Shown here: one piece after another, positions 19,102 to 29,453 of the stretch
Numbering within the stretch: the stretch's first letter is position 1
Layout: each line of letters starts with the position of its first letter
Sequence record: OR996328
From: Escherichia phage Shy
Length of the DNA: 42,805 nucleotides
Strand: one strand, 5' to 3'
The notes under the pieces: model-generated
Told to the model about the DNA's origin: nothing
Databases searched by the model: none
What the model saw: the letters and a program-made list of their open reading frames with translations, nothing else
Made by a program: the position numbers and the translations under genes

Positions 19102-19538
19102 TGAAAGACATTCACGAATACATGGCGGAATGCGCCGAACAGCGTTTCGAATGGGGCAAGTTCGATTGTTGCACCTTTGCCGCTGGCGCTATCGAAATCG
19201 CAACCGGTGTTGACGTTATGCGCGATATTCGGACTTATAAGGACGAATCAACTTGCGCAATGATGCTTAACGATACCTTCGGAACGGTCGTCGTTCGGGA
19301 AGTATTCGAAACGTTGGTTAAGCCTGTCGGCGGTCGAATCATTGACCTATCCGAAGCCAAAGACGGCGACGTTGTTTGCATTCAATGGCCCCGCGCATCC
19401 GTCGGCAAAGGTCGCGTAGACCAACGTTGCGGCTTGGGCGTGTTCTACCGCAATAAGGCGTTCGCCTGTTTGCATCCGGTCGGAATTGTGCAAGTTCCGG
19501 TAACGCATCGCATTATCGACGTTTGGGGGTTCCGCTAA
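19101..19538 (+). CDS. putative tail protein with NlpC/P60-like cysteine peptidase motif (gpK / GTA g14-like position)
   Basis: ATG at 19101 overlaps upstream stop (TAATG); the track start at 19089 is TTG; EWGKFDCCTFAAGAIE could hold a catalytic Cys. Confidence 0.35.
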   Translation: MKDIHEYMAECAEQRFEWGKFDCCTFAAGAIEIATGVDVMRDIRTYKDESTCAMMLNDTFGTVVVREVFETLVKPVGGRIIDLSEAKDGDVVCIQWPRASVGKGRVDQRCGLGVFYRNKAFACLHPVGIVQVPVTHRIIDVWGFR

Positions 19539-22003
19539 TGCCCGCCGTACTTCCCGTAATTGCAATCGCCGTTGCGGCCGTGGTCGGTACGACGACCGCG
19601 CTTGTTATCGGTACGATTGTCGCCGTCGGCTTAACGCTGGCAATGTCGCGCAATATGTCCGGGGTTCAATCGTCACCGAACCCGGTTGGTACGACGTACC
19701 AGACGAACCCGTTATCGCTTACCTTTCAGGCCGACGCCCCGCGCCGTATGGTCTATGGGAAAGCGCGGATTTCTGGCGTCGTTAGTTACGCCAACGTATC
19801 CGGCGACGGTTACGAATATCTTTGGATGGTCGTTGTAATTGCAGCGCACCGAATCCAAGAAGTTACGCAAATCTATTTCGACGGCGAAGCCGGGCCGGAT
19901 GTTGCGGCGGGCTGGTATGAATGGTGGTATTACGACGGTTCGCAAACCGCCGTTGACCCGCAGTTGCACGCGACTTTCAGCGAATACACCGCCGATTGCA
20001 TCTTGACCGGTTGCGCGTATGCGGTCGTTAAGCTGAAATACGATAAAACCGCTTGGAAGAACGGCCGCCCTAACGTGCAATTCGACGTTAAAGGCAAACC
20101 GGTATACGACCCCCGCGACGGCTTGACCAAGTGGACGAACAACGGTGCGCTTTGCACCGCTGACTTTATGACTTCGGCCGACGGCTTGGGCGCAACTTCC
20201 GCCGAAATGGATTGGGAAACCGTTAAAGCCGCCGCCGACATTTCCGACCAAATCCCGGCAAGCATGGCCGCCAGTCTTTGCGACGGCCGATATACAATCG
20301 ACGGTGTTGTCGAACTTTCGACCAAGAACGGCGACACAATTTCGCAAATGCTTTCGGCTTGTGCCGGTACTGTCGTATGGACGGAAGGCGTATACCGCCT
20401 GTTTGTCGGTGCGGCCCGTACCGCTGTTTCGCGCCAGATTACGGCCGAAGACTTGCGGGATAATCCGTCGCTTCAACCGCGCACGCCGACCGACCAATCG
20501 TTTAACAGCGTCAAGGGTACTTTCCTTGATTCTACGAACGGTTGGGTATTTAACGACTTCCCGCCAGTATCCGGCGCTGAATATATCGCACAAGACGGCG
20601 GTATTCAGCAATTTAAAGATATCGTGTTGAACTTCACGACTTCGCCGATTACAGCGCAACGACTGGCAACCATCTTCTTACGCCGCGCACGGCTTGAAAA
20701 GACGATTACCCTTCCGTGCAAATGGACGGTATTTAATTACGAAGTTTGGGACGTTGTACCGCTGAACTTGCCCCAACTCGGTTGGATTTCGAAGCTGTTT
20801 CAAATTACCGATTGGAAAATGACGCCGCCGACCAATACCGACCCCGGCGGCATCGAACTAACGCTAGTTGAATACAGCGACGACATTTATTCCGACGATA
20901 TGGACTTAAAGCCGATTGACGGCGGCGGTCAAATCATCGTACCGGATGTTACCCAACCGAAGCCGTTGTCGGTTCTGTACGCGACTTCGGGCGTTACCGC
21001 TGTTGAACCGGGCACCAACAAACCCCGCGTTCGCTTTGACTGGCCGCAATCCGCCGATATTTACGTCGTTGGTTACGAACTGGCTTACGGCAAGTATCCG
21101 TTTACGCCTGTCGATTCCGACTATATCTTTATGTCGGGTCGCACGACGATAACGTATACAACGCCGCCGCTTGGCGCTGGCGACACGTATATCGGCTATA
21201 TCCGAACCGTGAACAGTTACGAAAAGCGTTCTACGACTACGCCTTCGAATACGGTTGTCGTTGTCGGCCTTGGGTCTGAATACCCGGAAGCCGTCCAATC
21301 GCTGACCTTTAACGTTGTCGATAGCCTGTACGGCGACCTTGCTTGGTCGGCCCCGCTTCCGGGTTCGCTGGCGGCTTCGACGGTCATTGTGTGGGCAAAG
21401 TCGATTGAAGATTACGAACAAGGTGTTATCGTTGCGACGATTCCGCTTCCGCAAACGACGTTGCGCGTTCAACGCGAAATTCAAGACGGCGTTTACTTCG
21501 CGGCGTTCGTATCCGACGCGGGTATGGTCGGCGTTCCGGCAAGTGTTGCGGCAACCGGTCGCCCGCCCGCTACTATCGTCAAGCAAACCGGTTTTAGCAA
21601 GTACGAAGGCGATTTGATTAACGGTGTTTGGGTTACGCCGTACAAAGCGGTTGTCGATTCGCAACAACTGGCGGCGTCGCTTGGTTGGGAAGTGTTCGAT
21701 ATGATGGTTCCGGCACCTTTCGGCCAGTGCGAATACTGGTCTAAAGATGCGACGTATCAGGCACCGCCCGCAACCCTTCGTGTATCCGGTTCGGTCGGCT
21801 GGCTTCGTTCGCCAAACATTCCGGGCGTATTGCCGACTTTGAATGCGTCGGCGCAAGTGGCGCATTTCGATAGTACCGAATACCAACAAGGGCAATTCGT
21901 ATTAACCGGCGATGCCAATATTAAACTTGGTTTCCGGGCTACCGTTACCGACCCCCAAGGCGTACAATTCTTGGGCCTTAATTCGACGTTGGAGAAACTA
22001 TAA
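19523..22003 (+). CDS. putative host specificity / central tail fibre protein (J-like)
   Basis: 826 aa; hydrophobic N-terminal segment; last large gene of the tail-tip cluster. Confidence 0.45.
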   Translation: MGVPLMPAVLPVIAIAVAAVVGTTTALVIGTIVAVGLTLAMSRNMSGVQSSPNPVGTTYQTNPLSLTFQADAPRRMVYGKARISGVVSYANVSGDGYEYLWMVVVIAAHRIQEVTQIYFDGEAGPDVAAGWYEWWYYDGSQTAVDPQLHATFSEYTADCILTGCAYAVVKLKYDKTAWKNGRPNVQFDVKGKPVYDPRDGLTKWTNNGALCTADFMTSADGLGATSAEMDWETVKAAADISDQIPASMAASLCDGRYTIDGVVELSTKNGDTISQMLSACAGTVVWTEGVYRLFVGAARTAVSRQITAEDLRDNPSLQPRTPTDQSFNSVKGTFLDSTNGWVFNDFPPVSGAEYIAQDGGIQQFKDIVLNFTTSPITAQRLATIFLRRARLEKTITLPCKWTVFNYEVWDVVPLNLPQLGWISKLFQITDWKMTPPTNTDPGGIELTLVEYSDDIYSDDMDLKPIDGGGQIIVPDVTQPKPLSVLYATSGVTAVEPGTNKPRVRFDWPQSADIYVVGYELAYGKYPFTPVDSDYIFMSGRTTITYTTPPLGAGDTYIGYIRTVNSYEKRSTTTPSNTVVVVGLGSEYPEAVQSLTFNVVDSLYGDLAWSAPLPGSLAASTVIVWAKSIEDYEQGVIVATIPLPQTTLRVQREIQDGVYFAAFVSDAGMVGVPASVAATGRPPATIVKQTGFSKYEGDLINGVWVTPYKAVVDSQQLAASLGWEVFDMMVPAPFGQCEYWSKDATYQAPPATLRVSGSVGWLRSPNIPGVLPTLNASAQVAHFDSTEYQQGQFVLTGDANIKLGFRATVTDPQGVQFLGLNSTLEKL

Positions 22004-22653
22004 TGTCTGTATCTGAATTCGTACAACCGGACTTTACGACCCAAACGGCCGCTAATTACAAATCGGCTATCGACAACAGTATCGCGGTATTGGCGGAAAC
22101 CGGCCGCCAGTTCGCCCCGCGTGAAATGGCGACCGTCGGTATGGGTATTGCGATTGAAGCCGGTTTGCTTATGGACGGTTCCGTTATCATGGGAACCAAC
22201 GTAACCGGCATCGGTGCGCCTTCTGCGAATCCGCGAATCGACCGGGTTTATCTCGACCTGAACGACCGCACGTATCATCGCGTTGTCGGTACGGAAGCGG
22301 CAACCCCTACGCCCCCGGCAATTCCGTTCGGCGTGTTTCCGATTTGCCAAATTTCGTTGGAACCCGACGATACGGCAATTCTTAACGCCATGATTACCGA
22401 CGAACGCACTTTCGTTATGGCCCCTGTCGCGCTTCTTCAAGGCGGTTATACGACCGTCGTTGACCCGACAGGTCTTATCCGTCTGTTGATTGGTGCGCCG
22501 GGTATCGACCATCGGATTATTCTTCGAACTCATACGTCCGACGCTGGTTCGTCAGTATTGATTCAAGATTCGTCGGGTAATGCGATATTCAAAGTTGACG
22601 GGGCCGGAAACGTGGTCGCCAAGGGCACCATTACCCCAAGCGGGACGCCGTAA
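22003..22653 (+). CDS. putative tail fibre / receptor-binding accessory protein
   Basis: 216 aa; last gene of rightward structural block; Gly/Thr-rich. Confidence 0.3.
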   Translation: MSVSEFVQPDFTTQTAANYKSAIDNSIAVLAETGRQFAPREMATVGMGIAIEAGLLMDGSVIMGTNVTGIGAPSANPRIDRVYLDLNDRTYHRVVGTEAATPTPPAIPFGVFPICQISLEPDDTAILNAMITDERTFVMAPVALLQGGYTTVVDPTGLIRLLIGAPGIDHRIILRTHTSDAGSSVLIQDSSGNAIFKVDGAGNVVAKGTITPSGTP

Positions 22654-22712
22654 GCGCGTCGCAGCGCCTTAGCCGGTACTACCCTACGCACTAGGGGCAC
22701 GAACGCCCCGCC

Positions 22713-22748
22713 TAGCCCCGCCAGCGCAAGCCAGCGGGGCTAATTTTT
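22713..22748 (+). terminator. intrinsic terminator at convergence of structural and replication blocks
   Basis: TAGCCCCGC-12 nt loop-GCGGGGCTA 9-bp stem followed by ATTTTTA; T-tract overlaps the DNA polymerase stop codon on the other strand. Confidence 0.55.
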
Positions 22749-24882
22749 ACCATCCTTCGCCCGACCCTTCCAAGTCTTCGAACAGGTCTGGACGCTTCGC
22801 CTTCTTCGGCCCGTAATAGCCCATATCCGACAACATATCTTCGGCCATGTTCGTATACTGTTCGAAATCCATATCGGCCGGGAACGCGTCGGGTAAATCC
22901 ATAATCGGGCAAGCGCCTTCGCTATTGCCGACCGTGTTACCGTTCATAATGTAGTTAATCGTTCCGGTAACGCCTTTCGCGTAGTACCAGCGAATCGCCT
23001 TGCCCAAGAATAAGCCGTCTTTTTCGGCACCGCCCTTCACGTTCTTAACCGTTACGAAATCCTTGATATCGCGGCAACTGTTGACCGTTTCGGCAATGGC
23101 CTTACCTTCGATAAGGAAATGCGCAATCGCCTTCGCGCAAATTTCGTTGGTCGGTTGTTTCTTCAACGTGGTTTCGCCGAACACGCCTTTACCCTTGTAC
23201 AGCTTGTCGAACTTCGTACCTTCGGGGAACGTATCGACCCAAGATTTCGACGCCTTGTCGTAATGCTTTTTCAACGCGATATAGTTGTTAACGTCGCGGC
23301 TGAATACGCCTTTGTATTGGGTTTCTTCGGTTTCAAAACCGGTTAGCTTTTCCCATGCGGCGATAATTTCGTTAAGCTGTTCGTACTGGCTTTCGTGCGG
23401 CTTAATAACAATACCGTCGGTGTTCGCCGAAATAACCTTGATGCCCACAAGTTCCAGCATTTCAATTAGCATCAACAACGAAAGTTGGCCGGTCAACGTG
23501 GTTTGAATCAGAAGGTCGGGCGAATACAACGCCGAATACTTCGACCCCAACTTACCGAACGAACCGTTAATCGTAATCTTCAAGCTATCGGCGATAATCT
23601 GGTTAAGTTCTGCGACCGACAGGTCGGAAGACTTCGACAGCCCCTTCGCTTCAAGACGACGCGCAACGATGGTCTTATATACGGTAAGGAACGCCGGGCC
23701 AAGGTGTTTCGGGAAATATCCGTTATTGATAATGATATTCGGGTAATACGATGCAACGTCGCGGTCAATCAACAAGTAACCGTCGCGGGCGTAATGCGCC
23801 GCGCAATTCTCGGTCGAATGCAGACCGCCGACGCCCATTGTATAGACCGAATCGCCGATACGGATTTTCAGACCTTTAAGGAACGACGATTTCGGCCGCC
23901 CTTTTTCGCTGATTACGAACGGTGAATCGACCAACCGTTGCAATATCTGTTGCAACATCGGCGTTTGAAAGTGAACGAAAGCCGGGGGAACGTAATAGTA
24001 TTCGGTGCCCGGCGCAATCTTCGGTTTGCGGGCATAGTATCCGTTCAACTTTTCGCATTCCGCCGACAATACGTGTTCGGCGATTTGCGCATCGGAAAGC
24101 GAACGAAGGTCTTGCCCGTATTCGGTCGAAAGCTGTTCGCGCAACTTGATTTGCGGTTCTAAGTCCTTGAACAGTAGCGCCGTGTTATCCAAGTCGTTTA
24201 CGCAATAGAACCTAACGTTAACCGCCTGTTCGCGGGTCAATATGGTTTCCGGTTCGTATGGCAAGTCTTGCATACGTGGCGCGTGCAAACGCCCCGCATA
24301 CGTCTTCAACGACGCTTGAAGCGGGGCGACTTCGATTAGGTCAACGTGGTTAAACTCCGGTATCCGAATGTTGAATTCTTTTTCTATGTCTTCTTTGCGA
24401 TACGACTTGCGGTCTTTGGTTTCTAGTCCGTAATCCGCGTCGCCTTTAACCGGCCGCTTGTTGTCGTTAATAAGCCGGTTCGTAACGTATTTAAGTACGT
24501 TCATTGGCGCACCGGCCAGCGCAAGGAACAGTAAGAACCGGTCGAACTTGATACCGTTAAAACTGATATGCCGGAACGAATGAACGACCCAATTAAGTTT
24601 GTTCAAATCCGCTTGGCTGAATTGTGGGCAATCTGGCGACAGTTCGAACGTAACAACCTTGTTCGTTGCGATATCCTTAAATGCGATTAGAAAATAGTTC
24701 CAATAACATTCGATATCGAAAACCATAGTACCGCCCCGCGCTTCCCATAGTTCGCGGTCGGTAAATTCAACGTAAGGCCGGTTAATGATTGATGGGAAGG
24801 TTAAGACTTTCGGCACAAACGGGCCTTTCGTCTTCACCTTCGACCGCTTATTCGGCGCTAAATCCAAATCATCGAAGAACAT
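22747..24882 (-). CDS. DNA polymerase with 3'-5' exonuclease domain (family B-like motifs)
   Basis: 711 aa; Exo I-like FDIECY; palm-like DVASYYPNIIIN, KITINGSFGKLG and SANTDGIV. Confidence 0.65.
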   Translation of the reverse strand: MFFDDLDLAPNKRSKVKTKGPFVPKVLTFPSIINRPYVEFTDRELWEARGGTMVFDIECYWNYFLIAFKDIATNKVVTFELSPDCPQFSQADLNKLNWVVHSFRHISFNGIKFDRFLLFLALAGAPMNVLKYVTNRLINDNKRPVKGDADYGLETKDRKSYRKEDIEKEFNIRIPEFNHVDLIEVAPLQASLKTYAGRLHAPRMQDLPYEPETILTREQAVNVRFYCVNDLDNTALLFKDLEPQIKLREQLSTEYGQDLRSLSDAQIAEHVLSAECEKLNGYYARKPKIAPGTEYYYVPPAFVHFQTPMLQQILQRLVDSPFVISEKGRPKSSFLKGLKIRIGDSVYTMGVGGLHSTENCAAHYARDGYLLIDRDVASYYPNIIINNGYFPKHLGPAFLTVYKTIVARRLEAKGLSKSSDLSVAELNQIIADSLKITINGSFGKLGSKYSALYSPDLLIQTTLTGQLSLLMLIEMLELVGIKVISANTDGIVIKPHESQYEQLNEIIAAWEKLTGFETEETQYKGVFSRDVNNYIALKKHYDKASKSWVDTFPEGTKFDKLYKGKGVFGETTLKKQPTNEICAKAIAHFLIEGKAIAETVNSCRDIKDFVTVKNVKGGAEKDGLFLGKAIRWYYAKGVTGTINYIMNGNTVGNSEGACPIMDLPDAFPADMDFEQYTNMAEDMLSDMGYYGPKKAKRPDLFEDLEGSGEGW

Positions 24883-25901
24883 TAGTTTCGAATCCCCGCT
24901 ATTGCGCCCCGGATGCCGTCACCGAAGAAGAACGCTTGACCATTATACGACGTAAAGTCGGCCGACAACATATACGGTTCAATCATCAACAGCAATTTGC
25001 CGTTATACGCTTGGCCCGCTGGCAACCCTTCGACTTCGTATTGCGCCCCGTCCAAGCCGTCGGGATGCGACCGCATTTCGCCTTTTGCGAAGTATACGTT
25101 ACCCGTTGCGGTAAACGAAGCAACGGCCTTAACCGCGTCGAAGAATCCGTCGGGAAGCGGCCACGGGTTAACGTTCTTGTTCAAAATGGCGTCAACATTC
25201 GGCCAGCATTCCGAAAAAAGTTGCGTTTTGATAAACGATTCGTCGTCGAACCAGAACGTCGCGGAAGACGCCGAAAAGCCGAAACCGACTAAATCGCGTT
25301 CCGACTTTGCGATAACTTGCGCGGCGGCTTTCGGGATAACCAAGCCGGGCGGCAAGTCGATTCCGTGCCAGAACTCCAACACGACGATTTTGTTAGTCGC
25401 GTATACGGAATTCGCTTGCAGCAACAAAGACGCTTCAAGAACCGACGCCGCGCCTTCGGTAGCCAGTGCCATAACGGCCGCGAAGCCTTCTTTAATGCGG
25501 TTGTCGATTACGGCGATATTCGGGTCGGGATACGTGGTCGGCATCGACGTTAAATCGACGCACGGTACGACGGCCTTAAACTTGCCCGACTGAATCGTTA
25601 TCCGGCTGTTGTCGCCTTGGGTAATGCTGAACTGTTCCCCACATTTACCAAGGGCCGCCGCCAGCAAGTCGGATTGCGGGCACGCGGTCAAGTCTTCTTC
25701 GATGCGTCGGCCGATGGTCAATTGACCGTCGAACGCGCTAATCGTCTGGTTCTGTATGACTACGTGTTGTTGGTAGATATGACCGCCCTTCTTTTGGGCG
25801 GCCGATACGAATTTCAGGGCTTCAAGGAAACCAGCGGCGGCCGACGTTTCCTTAGCCTTGCGGGCGCGACTGCGACCCTTAGCGGCTGTTGCTTTCGCCA
25901 T
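24882..25901 (-). CDS. putative sliding-clamp-like protein (DnaN-like)
   Basis: 339 aa; RITIQSGKFKAVVPCVDLTSMP region resembles beta-clamp pattern; stop overlaps polymerase start (TAATG). Confidence 0.35.
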   Translation of the reverse strand: MAKATAAKGRSRARKAKETSAAAGFLEALKFVSAAQKKGGHIYQQHVVIQNQTISAFDGQLTIGRRIEEDLTACPQSDLLAAALGKCGEQFSITQGDNSRITIQSGKFKAVVPCVDLTSMPTTYPDPNIAVIDNRIKEGFAAVMALATEGAASVLEASLLLQANSVYATNKIVVLEFWHGIDLPPGLVIPKAAAQVIAKSERDLVGFGFSASSATFWFDDESFIKTQLFSECWPNVDAILNKNVNPWPLPDGFFDAVKAVASFTATGNVYFAKGEMRSHPDGLDGAQYEVEGLPAGQAYNGKLLLMIEPYMLSADFTSYNGQAFFFGDGIRGAIAGIRN

Positions 25902-26115
25902 GTTCGGTACTCCGGTCGATTTCGGTAATCGCGGCTTGAAGGTAGTTCGCCATATCTAGGGCTTCTTCCAACGCGTGTTGCAACCATTCGCGAAGGGTCA
26001 ACGGGTTATTATCGGTCGTTACGCCGTATTTGGCAAGTCCGACGATAGACCGTTGCAACAGCATTTCGCGGTTCTTTTCGACGTTGCTGTCGGGCGATAC
26101 GGTAGGGTTTTGCAT
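25879..26115 (-). CDS. hypothetical small protein
   Basis: 78 aa ORF in replication operon. Confidence 0.3.
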   Translation of the reverse strand: MQNPTVSPDSNVEKNREMLLQRSIVGLAKYGVTTDNNPLTLREWLQHALEEALDMANYLQAAITEIDRSTEHGESNSR

Positions 26116-26124
26116 AACTTATCC

Positions 26125-26355
26125 TTAGAATGGAATGTCGAAGTCATGTTGCGCACAACCGTTAACCAATACTTCGGGCGGCGGTAATGCGTCGTAATAG
26201 TTGCATTTCGGCGGCGTATCCTTGTTCTTAGGGCAACCGTTTTGCGACCAGTGTTCGCAGTTCAAGCAAGTTTGAAGAATCATTGCGCCTTGCATTTCAA
26301 CTTGCAATGCGATTCGCAATTCGGCCTTACGGCGTAGTTGTTCGTTAATATTCAT
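26125..26355 (-). CDS. small Cys-rich protein with SSB-like C-terminal tip (DFDIPF)
   Basis: 76 aa; CLNCEH...GCPKNKDTPPKC...GCAQH; terminal HDFDIPF resembles the bacterial SSB acidic tip (DDDIPF). Confidence 0.4.
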   Translation of the reverse strand: MNINEQLRRKAELRIALQVEMQGAMILQTCLNCEHWSQNGCPKNKDTPPKCNYYDALPPPEVLVNGCAQHDFDIPF

Positions 26356-27988
26356 AGCTCATAATCTCCGGGTACTTTTTGTTAACCCAAACCTTGACCT
26401 TTGACGGAATCCGAAGATTCGGCGACCAGTCTACGGCCTGTTGTGCGGTCGGGAATTCGTCGCCGTCGTAACCTGTACGCGCCCGCCACCAATCCCGCGC
26501 CCGCTTTCCGGCGAATCCGCTATGTTCCAAACAAATAAATTCCTTGAACATCCGAATACCGCAGAAATACGAAACTTTCATCATATCCGGCGCACCTTCT
26601 TTTTGATGCAACGAATACAAGACCTTTTGAACGTCGAAGTATTCGACTTGCGGGAAGTCCGACCGCAATAACGCTTCTTCCGATGCACCGGCAAACAACT
26701 TCGGTTCGAACTTGAATTCGTGACCACAACCCGACGGGGTAGGGAACGGCGAACCGCCGCACCAACGGGCCGACGCGTGGTTGTAGCAACCGCAATTGTC
26801 GCAGATACGAACCGGCGCATCGCCGCCACCTTTACCGGGGCGCTTCGGAATAACCGGGTCGTTGATTGGGCCAAGCCGACGGGTATTACCGGCGAAGTCC
26901 AATACCAGACAATTCGACTTGACGTAATCGAAGCCGGGAATATATGCGGCGAAGTCCGGGTTATATGGACGCGTTCCACGACCCAGCATTTGCACCCAAA
27001 GGCCCGGCGAAAGCGTCGGCCGCATCATGCCGATAAGGTCTATCGGGGGATGGTCAAAGCCGGTCGTAAGTACGCCGTTGTTCACGATGCAACGCACGTT
27101 GCCCTTTTTGAACTGCGCGATACGGTCGTCGCGTTCTTTTGTGGGCATCTTGGAATGAACCGCGACCGCATCAATACCGAATGCGACCATCGTTTCGGCA
27201 ACGTGTTCGGCGTGCTGAATACCCGACGCGAACGTTAGCCAGCAATTCCGGTCGTAACCCTTTTCGACCATTTCGGAAACGCATTTATACGTTATTTCGT
27301 TTTGGTCAACGGCGCGTTCTAACGCCCCTTGCGCGTATTCGCCGCCGTGCAAGCCGACCGACGACAAATCGAATTCGGTTGCGGTAGGCTTTGCGATAGG
27401 CGGGCACAAGAACCCTTCGGCCAACAGGCGGTTAAACCCGTCGATATCCGTAAGGTCGTAACAAATATCGGTGAAGATTCCGTTATCGGTTATATACCCC
27501 ATTTTCATACGATACGGGGTTGCGGTCAAACCGATAACTTTTAGGTACGGATTGATTAAACGCAAGTGTTCGATAATCTTGTTATACATTGACGATTCCT
27601 TGTCGCTTAACAAATGGCATTCGTCAATCAAGATTAAATCGCGGTGCCCGAAAGCGGCGACGTTATTAACAACCGAACCGACGCCACCAAAGATAATTGG
27701 TTGCGCAACGTCTTTCGCTTTCAGGCCAGCGGAATAAATACCGATAGGCGCACCGGGCCAGATTTGAACCAGCTTCGCGGCGTTCTGTTCGATAAGTTCT
27801 TTTACGTGCGTCAACATCAACACGCGTTGCCACGGCCAAGCCATGAAAACGCGGCGTATGAATTCGGCGATTACGATAGACTTACCTGTTCCGGTTGGTA
27901 ATGCGACAACGGGGTTCCCGTCGTTACCGGCTTCGAAATAGTCTTTGATGCTGTTAATCGCTTCGTCTTGATACCAACGCAATAACAT
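26345..27988 (-). CDS. SF2 DNA helicase (DEAD/DEAH-box-like) with C-terminal zinc-ribbon-like Cys cluster
   Basis: 547 aa; Walker A ALPTGTGKS, Walker B/DExH LILIDECHLL, C-terminal CDNCGCYNHASARWCGG. Confidence 0.8.
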   Translation of the reverse strand: MLLRWYQDEAINSIKDYFEAGNDGNPVVALPTGTGKSIVIAEFIRRVFMAWPWQRVLMLTHVKELIEQNAAKLVQIWPGAPIGIYSAGLKAKDVAQPIIFGGVGSVVNNVAAFGHRDLILIDECHLLSDKESSMYNKIIEHLRLINPYLKVIGLTATPYRMKMGYITDNGIFTDICYDLTDIDGFNRLLAEGFLCPPIAKPTATEFDLSSVGLHGGEYAQGALERAVDQNEITYKCVSEMVEKGYDRNCWLTFASGIQHAEHVAETMVAFGIDAVAVHSKMPTKERDDRIAQFKKGNVRCIVNNGVLTTGFDHPPIDLIGMMRPTLSPGLWVQMLGRGTRPYNPDFAAYIPGFDYVKSNCLVLDFAGNTRRLGPINDPVIPKRPGKGGGDAPVRICDNCGCYNHASARWCGGSPFPTPSGCGHEFKFEPKLFAGASEEALLRSDFPQVEYFDVQKVLYSLHQKEGAPDMMKVSYFCGIRMFKEFICLEHSGFAGKRARDWWRARTGYDGDEFPTAQQAVDWSPNLRIPSKVKVWVNKKYPEIMSYEY

Positions 27989-28960
27989 TTAGTCTTTCCC
28001 GTTGATAATTGGTTTCCATTGGTCGCAAGCCTGTTTAATTTCGGCTTCGCCGGGAATAATTGCGTTCCATTGTTCGCAAAACCATCGCGCATTATCAACC
28101 GGCCGGGCCTTCACGCACGAACGGCAATTCTTTTCCGGTAATTCGCCTTTGTGGCAAATGCCTTTATAGTTGCAAAACGAACAAGGAACTTGCGCCGGGC
28201 TGGCCGAAATCTTCGGCATTGGGGTTTGACTTGCGATAACCTTTTCGGCCTTCTGAAACTGTTGTTCGCCAAGGCGCATATTTAGCGGTACGATTTCGAT
28301 ATGCAAGTCGTCGTCGTTCTTGTTCACGTTCAAGTAAACAACGAACCGGAAGTTATACGCATAGCCATACGTCGAAGTTTGCGCGAAGTGTTGCGGCTTC
28401 GAAAGCATCATGCCTTGTTCGCCCAACTTGTTAAAACCGGCCCCGGTTCCGTTGGTCTTGAACTCGCACAACATCGCTTCTTCGATACCGTAATGCGGCG
28501 GCAACTTGATAATACCGTCAAGCGAACCGCCAAAGTGCCCCATTGCGCCGGAAATACGGAATTGCTTTTTCCCCTTGTCTTCTTCGCTGGCGTTCTGGTC
28601 GTCGAATTCCCACACTTGGCACCCGATGCCGCGCAAGTATTCGATAAAGGTTGCTTCTTCACGGTGCCCGCGCTGGAACAGGCGCAACATGCGGCCCGTA
28701 AACTTTTCATGTTTCGCCCAACGGAAATGCAACCAAAGTTTTTGCAAGCAATCGTCGCCGATAAGCGATGCGCCCAAATGCGAACGCGGGCCAGTGTCGT
28801 AAGTTGCGACCGCCCATTTTTCGATATCGTCTTTCAGTCGGTTAGCTACCAACTTAGCGACGCCGGGTTGCATTAAGTCAACGCTTACGCTTGCGGTCTT
28901 TTCCGCTGTTTCGTTCGTATTCGCGTTGTTCCCGAAGATTTCGTTTTGCTGTTCGCTCAT
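27989..28960 (-). CDS. PD-(D/E)xK exonuclease, Cas4/RecB-like with Fe-S Cys cluster
   Basis: 323 aa; N-terminal Cys (GDDCLQK), D...E-x-K (GSLDGII...CEFK), QTSTY, C-terminal CSFCNYKGIC; start may be the internal Met at 28873. Confidence 0.6.
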   Translation of the reverse strand: MSEQQNEIFGNNANTNETAEKTASVSVDLMQPGVAKLVANRLKDDIEKWAVATYDTGPRSHLGASLIGDDCLQKLWLHFRWAKHEKFTGRMLRLFQRGHREEATFIEYLRGIGCQVWEFDDQNASEEDKGKKQFRISGAMGHFGGSLDGIIKLPPHYGIEEAMLCEFKTNGTGAGFNKLGEQGMMLSKPQHFAQTSTYGYAYNFRFVVYLNVNKNDDDLHIEIVPLNMRLGEQQFQKAEKVIASQTPMPKISASPAQVPCSFCNYKGICHKGELPEKNCRSCVKARPVDNARWFCEQWNAIIPGEAEIKQACDQWKPIINGKD

Positions 28961-29393
28961 TTTTACGCGCCTTACGTCGTTCGATGATTTTTTCGTTTGC
29001 GGTGAAATGCTGGTTACAGATTTCGACCGCCCGTTGTAATTGGTCTTTCGACAACCAAGAAATATGGCAATCGTCCGACGCGATACCCAATTCGCCCGCC
29101 AACCAGTCGTAAGCGTGCGAACGCGACATTAACTTCGACTTCCAAATCGGGTCGAATGCGTCATGTACCTTTTGCCGTAATTGGCGCGTTGCCCGGTCGG
29201 CCATGCGACCAAGCGGGATAATCGTTCCGGGGTGACAGCCGACGGCCGCTTTGCAGTCGTGGCAATAATAGATTTCGGGCCAATCCCCGAATAGCCGACC
29301 GTAAATTCGGTCGTTTTGCGTTTGTTCGATGTTGACCGAACCGCAGTTATCGCAATGCGCCGGTATGGGCAATGCGTCTTCGACTTGTGACAT
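28878..29393 (-). CDS. zinc-finger domain protein, function unknown
   Basis: 171 aa; HCDNCG...CHDCKAAVGCH Cys/His clusters; basic C-terminus. Confidence 0.45.
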   Translation of the reverse strand: MSQVEDALPIPAHCDNCGSVNIEQTQNDRIYGRLFGDWPEIYYCHDCKAAVGCHPGTIIPLGRMADRATRQLRQKVHDAFDPIWKSKLMSRSHAYDWLAGELGIASDDCHISWLSKDQLQRAVEICNQHFTANEKIIERRKARKNERTAKRNLREQREYERNSGKDRKRKR

Positions 29394-29408
29394 ACGGCAT
29401 TATTCCCC

Positions 29409-29439
29409 TGTAAAGACGATAAGGGGCCGAAGCCCCTTA
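29409..29439 (-). terminator. intra-operon intrinsic terminator after SSB-like gene
   Basis: Read on the minus strand: TAAGGGGC-TTCG-GCCCCTTA followed by TCGTCTTTA. Confidence 0.5.
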
Positions 29440-29453
29440 CCGTTGATTGCGAC

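Noticed and set aside
22693-22710. Second hairpin (GGGGC-ACGAAC-GCCCC) as minus-strand terminator for the DNA polymerase
   Set aside because: No U-tract on either strand; kept only as possible secondary structure
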